A stretch of DNA of 64,000 nt. Source: an uncultured Gammaproteobacteria bacterium. Lineage in GTDB: Bacteria; Patescibacteriota; Patescibacteriia; UBA9934; GWF2-40-263. Within the stretch, counting starts at the first letter, position 1, and every line of letters starts with the position of its first letter. The position numbers were made by a program, and so were the translations under genes. The stretch lies in contig CAYNRK010000003.1 in NCBI GenBank assembly GCA_964399675.1, positions 73,033 to 137,032 on the forward strand, in the 5' to 3' direction. Of the stretch, positions 28,636-38,308 are shown one piece after another. Under the pieces are notes generated by a model. It searched no databases. It was not told where the DNA came from and worked only from the letters and a program-made list of their open reading frames with translations.

Positions 28636-28756
28636 GTTATACACACACAAGAAATAAATTTTTGCAGCTTCAACTGTCTGAGTGCTTGCCTTTAAATTAG
28701 ATTACAGAAAGCACAAGTTTTGAAGCAAAAAAATTTCTTTCTTGTGTGTGTATAAC
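28636..28756 (-). promoter_or_regulatory. large hairpin in rplK-rplA intergenic region (candidate L1 autoregulatory mRNA structure)
   Basis: 30 bp arms gttatacacacacaagaaataaatttttgc / gcaaaaaaatttctttcttgtgtgtgtataac enclose a roughly 60 nt loop with its own inner inverted repeat (gcttcaa...ttgaagc). Confidence 0.4.
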
Positions 28757-28769
28757 TTTTTTAAATCAA

Positions 28770-29192
28770 TTATCTAATCTCAACACCCATTTGCTGAGCT
28801 GTGCCAGCAACAATTTTCATTGCTTGTTCAACATCGTCTGTATTAAGATCTGGCATTTTTTTCTCAGCAATTTCACGGAGCTGATCGCGTGTTATTCTTC
28901 CAACCTTTTCAGTAAGAGGTTGGCCAGAACCCTTTTTGATCTTGGCAGCCTTCTTAATCATGTCAGAAGCAGGTGCGGTTTTGGTTACAAAGTCAAAAGA
29001 TCGATCTTCATAAACATTAATGATTACTGGCACGATTTCACCCCGACGATCTTGTGTTGCATTATTAAATTGCGTAACAAAATCTCCAATTGGAAGACCG
29101 TGTTGACCAAGAGCTGGGCCTATTGGTGGGGCAGGGGTTGCTGCGCCACCTTGAATCTGCAGCTTTATTTGTGTTTTTAGTGTTTTTGGCAT
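28770..29192 (-). CDS. rplK: 50S ribosomal protein L11
   Basis: 140 aa: [32 protein letters not shown]... Confidence 0.92.
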   Translation of the reverse strand: MPKTLKTQIKLQIQGGAATPAPPIGPALGQHGLPIGDFVTQFNNATQDRRGEIVPVIINVYEDRSFDFVTKTAPASDMIKKAAKIKKGSGQPLTEKVGRITRDQLREIAEKKMPDLNTDDVEQAMKIVAGTAQQMGVEIR

Positions 29193-29204
29193 AGGTGATC
29201 AGAA

Positions 29205-29278
29205 TTTAGGAACTAGGGCCTGGGAACTAGGGCCTGGGGTTTCGTAATCCTAGTTCCCAGCACCTAGCCCCCAGTTCC
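29205..29278 (-). promoter_or_regulatory. direct plus inverted repeat cluster in nusG-rplK intergenic region (alternative hairpins)
   Basis: ggaactagggcctgggaactagggcctgggg ... cctagttcccagcacctagcccccagttcc can fold in mutually exclusive ways. Confidence 0.35.
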
Positions 29279-29298
29279 ATTGATTGGCGAATCTTAGA

Positions 29299-29844
29299 TT
29301 AAATCTTCTTGATTTGCAAGAAGTCAAGTTCAACAGGTGTTTCACGTCCGAACATTGATACAAGCACTTTGATTTTTCCACGATCTTCGTCGATTTCTGA
29401 AACTTTTCCTTCTTGGCCTTTGAATGGACCATCTGAGATAAGAATAGGGGATCCAACCTCAACATCAAGTTTGTATTCCGGCTCATCAACACCCATTCGG
29501 CTTTGAAGTGCTTCGATTTCTTCCAGCGCAATTGGAGTTGGTGTTGTTCCTGTTCCAATAAATCCTGTTACGTTTGGTGTGTTTCTGACAACATACCAAG
29601 AGTCATCTGTAACAATCATTTCAACCAGCACATATCCAGGGAAGATTTTTTCTTCAACAACTTTTCGTTTTCCATTTTTGATTTTGATTTTCTTTTCTTT
29701 TGGAACCAGGACACTAAAGATTTTTTCTTCCATGTCCATTGTTTCAATTCTTTGCGTCAGGTTTTGTGACACGTTTTCTTCATAGCCGGAGTAGGTGTGA
29801 ATTGCATACCACCTGCGACCATGTTTGGCTGTTTGTTTGGCCAT
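29299..29844 (-). CDS. nusG: transcription termination/antitermination factor NusG
   Basis: NGN domain (RRWYAIHTYSGYE) and KOW domain. Confidence 0.9.
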   Translation of the reverse strand: MAKQTAKHGRRWYAIHTYSGYEENVSQNLTQRIETMDMEEKIFSVLVPKEKKIKIKNGKRKVVEEKIFPGYVLVEMIVTDDSWYVVRNTPNVTGFIGTGTTPTPIALEEIEALQSRMGVDEPEYKLDVEVGSPILISDGPFKGQEGKVSEIDEDRGKIKVLVSMFGRETPVELDFLQIKKI

Positions 29845-29853
29845 AAAGAGCGA

Positions 29854-30078
29854 TTAAGATTTTATTGAAATAAGTTGTTCAAGTCCAAGGTTGAGGAGCC
29901 AATCAAGCCCGCCAAAGAATCCTGCAATTACAAGCGCGAGTATTATCACAATAACTGAATATTTTGTGGTTTCTTGCTTGGATGGCCAAGTGACTTTTTT
30001 CATTTCTTCTTTTGACTCTTTAACATATCGAAAAAGCCATTGGATTGGGTTTTCTTTCTTTTTGGAAAGTGGTTGCAT
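29854..30078 (-). CDS. secE: preprotein translocase subunit SecE
   Basis: 74 aa with a single C-terminal TM helix, in the conserved position upstream of nusG. Confidence 0.85.
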   Translation of the reverse strand: MQPLSKKKENPIQWLFRYVKESKEEMKKVTWPSKQETTKYSVIVIILALVIAGFFGGLDWLLNLGLEQLISIKS

Positions 30079-30120
30079 AATTTTGGTATTTAAAAACAGC
30101 CTTTGCGGCCATCTGAGAAG

Positions 30121-30149
30121 ACTATACTATATGTAGTTATTTTTGGCAA
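30121..30149 (-). promoter_or_regulatory. sigma70-type promoter for secE-nusG-rplKA (TTGCCA-N17-TATAGT)
   Basis: Minus-strand reading ttgccaaaaataactacatatagtatagt. Confidence 0.45.
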
Positions 30150-30179
30150 GAGAAGTTTGAGAAAGATAAAACCGCCAGA

Positions 30180-30540
30180 GCTGGCATACAATCGCGCCCA
30201 TGAATAAACAGCGGGCACGACCACCAGATGGCAGTCAATAGAGGTAGAACGCCCGCCAGACAGCCGACGACCCCTGAAGCGCTGAAGAACTGCGCTCGCA
30301 CCGTGTGCTTAGGGGTCGCCGACTGCCGGCGGGCAGAAGGATGCCTCGAGAGACTTCGGGGCCTGATCCCCGGTGGTCATGTTGCACCTCCTTTCGGGGG
30401 GTGTTCTTCTCTCGAGGCGGACAGACGCAGGCCAGTCGTCCCTAGGAATAAGACCTTGCCGCTTGAACGCTCTACCTTACCTAGGACGGCGAGCGATGGT
30501 GGGAAGATATCTTAAATTGACGATTTTGTCAATAGTTAAA
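30180..30540 (-). other. GC-rich non-coding island E with promoter, structured leader and 23-codon sORF (30309-30380)
   Basis: About 60% GC and 360 bp, with no ORF of at least 60 aa on the minus strand. Minus-strand promoter TTGACA(30527-30532)-17-TATCTT. An 11 bp inverted repeat gcctcgagaga/tctctcgaggc brackets gaAAGGAGGtgcaacATG and the sORF MTTGDQAPKSLEASFCPPAVGDP. Confidence 0.4.
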
Positions 30541-30542
30541 CT

Positions 30543-30571
30543 AAAAAATTCGCCACTAAGTGGCGAATTTT
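30543..30571 (-). terminator. intrinsic terminator of gyrB
   Basis: aaaattcgccacttagtggcgaatttttt on the minus strand. A near-identical hairpin terminates tsf at 44607-44637. Confidence 0.65.
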
Positions 30572-30590
30572 GGGGCTTTTTATCAATTTT

Positions 30591-32675
<2,085 letters not shown>

Positions 32676-32751
32676 TCAGTATTTTTCAAACCCAGAATAT
32701 CATATTTATCCCATTTTTGAAAGCCTTAGTAGCATGTTATAATCTTTCTAT

Positions 32752-33675
32752 ATGGAGGATGATCAAACACTACTTAAACAAGCAGGAAAAGAGTTTCGCC
32801 GATTTTATAAATGGTCCTTATGGTGGGTTGAGCACAGGGCCTTGCTGAAAAAGATCGGATATGGAATTTTGATTGCGTTTGATTGCGCGCTTCTTCTTTT
32901 TGTAATTTGGACCATGTTGGATTCATTTGCCATCAGTTACGGATCTGAGCAAGTTGCTGTTGCCAATATGGTTGTGGTTGGTCAACAAGACCTTCATTCC
33001 TATACTGTTTCAAGCGCTGCCTTTCCAATTGAACCAACGCGAGTTGTAGCACTGCCTATTGGAAATAGTCGATATGATTTTTACACAAAAATTATTAATG
33101 AGAATAAACAGTGGCGTGCAGACTTTACTTACAAGTTTGTTTATGGCGGAGGAGAAACAGAAGAGCTACAGGGTTATATTCATCCCAATGAAGCAAAGCC
33201 TGTTTCAGTGCTTGCTCAAGAGATAAGCACTGCTCCTGGCCAGGCTGAGTTTGTTATCACAGATGTCAACTGGTATCGTGTTAACGCTCATACAATTCGT
33301 GATTATGATATATGGTATGGCGATCGAACAAACTTCGAGATTGAGACAGAAGGTTTTGAAAAAGATACACGATTTGAAGGGGAAACATTTGGTCGCACAA
33401 CGTTTACCATCAAAAACAAGAGTCCGTTTAGCTATTACAATCCTCGATTTCATGTGCTTCTCAAGCGCGGCTCAGCCGTTGTTGGGGTAAACAGAACAAC
33501 GCTCACATCTCTTGATTCCGGAAAAGAAGAAGTGGTGACTATAAATTGGTTTGGAACTCTTCCTGCTGTGAGCTCTGTTGAAGTAATTCCTGAGATTAAT
33601 TTTTTTGATCTTGATTCTTACAAACCACTCGTGGGGGAGAGCCCGATTGATACACGGCTGCGAGTCTTTCGCTAA
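32752..33675 (+). CDS. hypothetical membrane-anchored protein (307 aa)
   Basis: One N-terminal TM helix and an extracytoplasmic domain. No family recognised. Confidence 0.5.
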   Translation: MEDDQTLLKQAGKEFRRFYKWSLWWVEHRALLKKIGYGILIAFDCALLLFVIWTMLDSFAISYGSEQVAVANMVVVGQQDLHSYTVSSAAFPIEPTRVVALPIGNSRYDFYTKIINENKQWRADFTYKFVYGGGETEELQGYIHPNEAKPVSVLAQEISTAPGQAEFVITDVNWYRVNAHTIRDYDIWYGDRTNFEIETEGFEKDTRFEGETFGRTTFTIKNKSPFSYYNPRFHVLLKRGSAVVGVNRTTLTSLDSGKEEVVTINWFGTLPAVSSVEVIPEINFFDLDSYKPLVGESPIDTRLRVFR

Positions 33676-33681
33676 TCTCTG

Positions 33682-34821
33682 ATGATCCGATCGCTTTATC
33701 ATTTTCGTAAAAACCTCTCGCTTTTTCGGTCCTCGGACTGGATCTTTTTGTTTGCAATTTTCACGCTTATCCTTTTTGGGCTTGCGGCAATTTATTCTGT
33801 TGACTTGTCCCAGCAGGGAAGTCAATTTTTTAGCATGAAAAAACAGATAATCGCAGCAGTTATAGCTCTGGGATTTTTTTTATTTATAGCAACATCAAAT
33901 CACAAACTTTTGCGAAACTACAGCCTTCTTTTTTACATTACGGGCACAGTGCTTCTTGTTGGAGTTTTGTTTTTTGGAACAAATGTACGTGCAACAACTG
34001 GTTGGTATGCGTTTGGACTCTTTAGTTTTCAGCCGGTTGAGTTTATGAAGGTGGCTCTTGCAATCACGCTTGCAGCATACTTTAGCAATCGAGCTAGACC
34101 AGAGTTTGGGTTAAGAGAGCTTTTTGAAAGTTTAGGAATTACCCTACTGCCAGTTTTTTTAACCTTAATGCAACCTGACCTTGGATCAGCATCTATTTTA
34201 TTGGGGATGTGGTGTATTATTGTTTTGTTCGCCGGAGTGCCGCTTCGTTATGTTATGAGCCTGCTTTTGATTGGGATTGTTGCTTCTGTTCTTGCGTGGA
34301 ATTTTGCGTTTGCTGAATATCAAAAGGCAAGGATTTTGACTTTTGTGAATCCAGAGTATGACACCCTGGGCCAGGGTTATAATGTAAATCAAGCCATTAT
34401 TGCTATTGGATCTGGAGGAATTTTTGGAAGTGGATTGGGGTTTGGTTCGCAAAGTCAGTTGAAATTTTTACCAGAATCCAAAACAGACTTTATTTTTGCT
34501 GTGATTGCTGAGGAGCTTGGATTTGTTGGAGTTGTTTTGTTGCTTAGTGCTTTTTTTCTTCTTGTTTATAGAATTTTTAAATACACTCAAAACGCAAGAG
34601 ATGATTTTACAACTTATTTATTACTGATCATTGCCGGCCTGCTTACGCTTCAGGTTTTTGTTAATGTTGGAATGAATTTAGGCATGTTTCCGGTGACTGG
34701 GATTGGGTTGCCGCTTGTAAGTTATGGTGGAAGCTCGCTTGTGTTTATAATGGCGCTTCTTGGGATTGTTATGAGCGTGGCACTTAGATCACAGAGTATG
34801 GGCAACAAACAAGCATTGTGA
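33682..34821 (+). CDS. ftsW: SEDS-family peptidoglycan glycosyltransferase (FtsW/RodA)
   Basis: 379 aa with about 10 TM segments and the conserved FtsW/RodA loop (PESKTDFIFAVIAEELGF). Confidence 0.8.
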   Translation: MIRSLYHFRKNLSLFRSSDWIFLFAIFTLILFGLAAIYSVDLSQQGSQFFSMKKQIIAAVIALGFFLFIATSNHKLLRNYSLLFYITGTVLLVGVLFFGTNVRATTGWYAFGLFSFQPVEFMKVALAITLAAYFSNRARPEFGLRELFESLGITLLPVFLTLMQPDLGSASILLGMWCIIVLFAGVPLRYVMSLLLIGIVASVLAWNFAFAEYQKARILTFVNPEYDTLGQGYNVNQAIIAIGSGGIFGSGLGFGSQSQLKFLPESKTDFIFAVIAEELGFVGVVLLLSAFFLLVYRIFKYTQNARDDFTTYLLLIIAGLLTLQVFVNVGMNLGMFPVTGIGLPLVSYGGSSLVFIMALLGIVMSVALRSQSMGNKQAL

Positions 34822-34837
34822 TATTCTAAATATACGA

Positions 34838-35308
34838 GTGGGGAAACCCATCGTGGGGACTCGTTCTTTGAAAGTGGGACTGTTTAGGAACAGTCCCGGG
34901 TGTATACTTTTTAATCATATGTCATCGAAACAAGGTTCAGAGATATGGAATGAAGGGCTTCGGCTCGTCTCTTATTGCCCAGTGTGTGAGACTCGGTACA
35001 ATCCGATGCAAGCACGCATTTTGGGTCAAGATGGCGAGACTCATTTACTTCACGTCCGGTGTCGCAAGTGCCACAATTCGATTTTGGCGCTCGTTCTTGT
35101 TAATCAGGTTGGAGCAAGTTCTGTTGGACTGCTCACCGATTTAACTTATGATGATGTGATCCGATTTAGGTCACATGAGTCTGTTTCAATTGATGATGTG
35201 ATTGATGCACACGCGTTCTTAGAGGAGAGAGGATGGGAAACGTTTCTTAGGAGGAGAATTATTAGAAAGAAACGTACAACCAAAGCAAAATCAAAGAATG
35301 AGAACTAG
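34838..35308 (+). CDS. hypothetical zinc-ribbon protein (start uncertain, possibly 34919)
   Basis: Two CxxC pairs (CPVCE...CRKCH). Confidence 0.45.
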   Translation: MGKPIVGTRSLKVGLFRNSPGCILFNHMSSKQGSEIWNEGLRLVSYCPVCETRYNPMQARILGQDGETHLLHVRCRKCHNSILALVLVNQVGASSVGLLTDLTYDDVIRFRSHESVSIDDVIDAHAFLEERGWETFLRRRIIRKKRTTKAKSKNEN

Positions 35309-35334
35309 GCCTGACGGATAGTTCCTAAAGGCAG

Positions 35335-35365
35335 CAAAAAATCCGGGAAACCGGTTTTTTTGCTT
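35335..35365 (+). terminator. intrinsic terminator
   Basis: aaaaaatccgggaaaccggtttttttgc. Confidence 0.6.
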
Positions 35366-35415
35366 GCGCTCTAATCCCGGGGTTAGAGCTCGCAGTTAGA
35401 GCGCGGGAAAGGATC

Positions 35416-35444
35416 TTGACTAATTTTCAAAAAATGAGCATAAT
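35416..35444 (+). promoter_or_regulatory. sigma70-type promoter for rplY (TTGACT-N17-CATAAT)
   Basis: cTTGACTaattttcaaaaaatgagCATAAT. Confidence 0.45.
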
Positions 35445-35489
35445 ACGCCCGCGAAAGGAGGAAAAGTTAGTAAATGCGAAACTATATTT

Positions 35490-36200
35490 ATGAGCACAAT
35501 TACTCTCAATGCAGAACCTAGAACAATCAAAGGCCGTAAAACAAATCAACTTCGCGCAGAAGGGAAAGTGCCTGCAGTTGTTTATGGTGCTGGAACTGAA
35601 TCAAAGCCAATCACAATAGAACAGAATCAGTTTTTGAAAACCTATAAGCAGGCCGGAGAAAGCATGATCATTGAACTTAAGGTCAATGATGACAAGCCGC
35701 TTCATGTATTGGTTCACGACTATCAACTAGACCCGGTTCGAGATGAGGTTACACATGTGGATTTTCGTTCTATTGATATGGACAAAGAAATTGATGCTGT
35801 TGTGGCATTGGAATTTATTGGCGAGTCCGCTGCTGTTAAGGCGCTTGGTGGAACACTTCTTCGACCTAGAGATTCAGTAACTGTTCACTGTCTTCCCTCA
35901 AAGCTCATGCGAACTCTTTCGGTTGATTTGTCCAAACTTGAAACCTTTGAAGATGTTGTTAATGTCTCAGACATTGATCTTCCAGAAGGTGTAAGTATTG
36001 TTGATGATGGTAATTTAACAGTTGCTGTTGTGTCTAAACCAAGAACAGCACAAGAACTAGCAGAGCTTGATGAAGAGATTGAAGGTGAGGCTGGCGAAGC
36101 AGCTGCAGAAGATGAGGATAAGGAGGGTGAAACTAAAGAGGGGGCAGAAGCAGAAGGTGACAAGCCAAAAGAAGGGGAAGAGGAAAAAGCTTCTGAATAA
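35490..36200 (+). CDS. rplY: 50S ribosomal protein L25 / general stress protein Ctc, with acidic C-terminal tail
   Basis: N-terminal LNAEPRTIKGRKTNQLRAEGKVPAVVYG and a Glu-rich tail. Confidence 0.85.
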   Translation: MSTITLNAEPRTIKGRKTNQLRAEGKVPAVVYGAGTESKPITIEQNQFLKTYKQAGESMIIELKVNDDKPLHVLVHDYQLDPVRDEVTHVDFRSIDMDKEIDAVVALEFIGESAAVKALGGTLLRPRDSVTVHCLPSKLMRTLSVDLSKLETFEDVVNVSDIDLPEGVSIVDDGNLTVAVVSKPRTAQELAELDEEIEGEAGEAAAEDEDKEGETKEGAEAEGDKPKEGEEEKASE

Positions 36201-36202
36201 CA

Positions 36203-37260
36203 TGTCAAAAGAAAAAAAAGATCAAATGATTTGGTGGTATGGAGCAACAGCAGCAGCTGTTGCTCTTGCATTTGTTTTTTCAGGCGCGCTACAGTCTTTT
36301 TCTATAGACCTATCAATTAATCAATCTGAGGAAATTCAATCAACACAAAATACACCTCTTTTTGAACACCCACTTAGTGGGCTTCCGATTTTTGACAAAG
36401 CTGAGCCTCCACATGTCTTTGGTGTTGTTATCGATAACCATGAGGATTCTTGGCCACAAAACGGTTTAAACAATGCGTTTTTGGTTATTGAGTCGCCTGT
36501 GGAGGCTGGGATTTCTCGTATGTTAGCGTTCTTTTCTGAAGATGCTGAAGTCGAAAAGATTGGTCCTGTGCGTTCAGCTCGTCCATACTTTCTTGATTGG
36601 AACAATGAGCTAGATGCTTTGTTTACTCATGTTGGCGGTTCAGATGCTGCTTTAGATTTGATTGCAAGTGGATCAACTTTTGATCTGAATCAATATTGGT
36701 ATGATTCCTATTTTTGGCGTTCAAATTCACGACTTGCTCCACACAATGTTTTCACTTCAACGGATTTATTAAACGAATACCTTGAGAAAAGAATAGAAAA
36801 CAAAACAGCACCAAAGCTTTTATATGGCTTGTGGTCATTTAAAAAACCTGAAGCAACTGAGGAATCCATTGGCCTTCATATTGATTTTTATCCACCTATT
36901 TATACTGTTGATTGGGAATTCGATCATGAGACAGGGAAGTATTTGCGAGATCAGTCTGGTCAACCGCATCTTCTTGAGAATGAAGAGCAGATCCAGGCTG
37001 ACAACATTGCGGTTGTAATTACAAGTGTTCAAATTATTGATTCAGTTGGACGTCGGAAGATAAAAACGATTGGAAAAGGGGATGGATATTTATTTCAAGA
37101 TGGTGGTGTAGTGGAAGTGATTTGGAAAAAGGAATCACAAGGTCAGCGCTTGCGATTCTATTCAAAAGAAAATGATAAGGAGCTTAAAATGAATCCTGGC
37201 CTCACTTGGGTTGAGGTTGTTCCAAGTAAAAATAGTATTGAAATTGTAAACAAGGATTAA
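36203..37260 (+). CDS. DUF3048-like (YerB-like) secreted protein
   Basis: The ATG at 36203 follows the rplY stop. The protein has a TM/signal segment and a PHVFGVVIDNHEDSWPQNGL block. The longer ORF starting at 36067 overlaps rplY and is rejected. Confidence 0.55.
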
Positions 37261-38165
37261 AGTTCTGCAACAACGATTCGGTCAAGACCTTGAAGGTCTT
37301 GTTTTATTTTTGGCTCTGTTTGAGGAAAGTTGTGTGCGATAAGGTTTGTGATTTTTTCTTTTTGAGTTGGATCAATTTCAAGAAGCACAGTCAGTCGCCT
37401 GGGTAATAATTTGCGATCTAAGCGCAATTGTTTGATTAGTCGAAAATAGGCGTCCAGGCCGTCTGAACCGGCCAGGAGAGCAGATTTTGGCTCATACGCA
37501 ACTTCTTTTTGTGCATACGCTACTTGTGTTTCTGTGAGATATGGAAGGTTGGCACAGAGAATCAGATGCTTAAAAGGATAGACAGATGAGACTTTTGGGT
37601 TTCCTGAAGTGTGTAGAGATCGAAAAAGATCGCTTACTGGTTGTAGTAGATCGCCTTGCCTAAAATCAATAAGTTCATGAGTGTCTAGTTGTTTGGCATT
37701 TTGTTTTGCAACAGCCAAGGCCTTTCCCTCTATGTCTGAAGCAACAACAGGAAATCCTGTTTCAATTGCTAGGGTTATTGCAATTGCACCAGAGCCTGTT
37801 CCAATATCTGCAAAAATAGTTGTGTCTTTGTTTGATTCTTTTGCAATCGCAAGTGCGTTATCAATAAGCGTTTCTGTTGCTGGTCTAGGAATTAAAACAA
37901 AAGGGTTAACCAGAAAAGATCGTTTATAAAATTCTTTTTTATTTGTTATATATGCAATTGGTTCTCGTTTAATACGTCGTTCAATTGATGTGATAAATTG
38001 TTCTTCTCGATGAGACTTAAGCTGTTCAGTAAACCGTGAAAAAAGTTTAGCCTTAGTAATATTCAAAATTGATGCAAGAAGTATTTCTGCATCAAGCATT
38101 GGTGAATCAATATCAGCCTTTCTTAGTTTGTTGTTTGCCCACTGTAAGGCTTCAAAGATAGTCAT
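37257..38165 (-). CDS. prmC: release factor glutamine N5-methyltransferase
   Basis: HemK/PrmC-like SAM methyltransferase (DIGTGSGAIAITLAIE) in a conserved partnership with prfA. Confidence 0.8.
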   Translation of the reverse strand: MTIFEALQWANNKLRKADIDSPMLDAEILLASILNITKAKLFSRFTEQLKSHREEQFITSIERRIKREPIAYITNKKEFYKRSFLVNPFVLIPRPATETLIDNALAIAKESNKDTTIFADIGTGSGAIAITLAIETGFPVVASDIEGKALAVAKQNAKQLDTHELIDFRQGDLLQPVSDLFRSLHTSGNPKVSSVYPFKHLILCANLPYLTETQVAYAQKEVAYEPKSALLAGSDGLDAYFRLIKQLRLDRKLLPRRLTVLLEIDPTQKEKITNLIAHNFPQTEPKIKQDLQGLDRIVVAEL

Positions 38166-38175
38166 TCATTTTTTT

Positions 38176-38308
38176 GTGTCATTGCGAGGAGGCCGTCAGG
38201 CCGACGAAGCCCTCGGCCGTGCCCGTCCTACGGGCGAGGCAATCCTCGTATTAATGAATACTATACTACGGAGATTGCTTCGGCCAGCTTCGCTGGCCTC
38301 GCAATGAC
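38176..38308. mobile_element. MITE-like palindromic repeat, family 2 (GTCATTGCGAGG … CCTCGCAATGAC termini)
   Basis: tgtcattgcgaggaggccgtcaggccgacgaagc...gaggcaatcctcgtat...cctcgcaatgac. Related copies are at 52347, 56178 and 57241. Confidence 0.7.

Noticed and set aside
30180-30540. tmRNA, RNase P RNA or a tRNA in the GC-rich secE-upstream island
   Set aside because: No GGTTCGA-type T-loop, no CCA-proximal acceptor pairing, and no RNase P conserved regions were found by eye. It is left as an unclassified structured element.
36067-36202. Upstream start of the DUF3048-like gene overlapping rplY
   Set aside because: It would overlap 134 nt of rplY in another frame. An ATG at 36203 right after the rplY stop gives a normal N-terminal TM segment.
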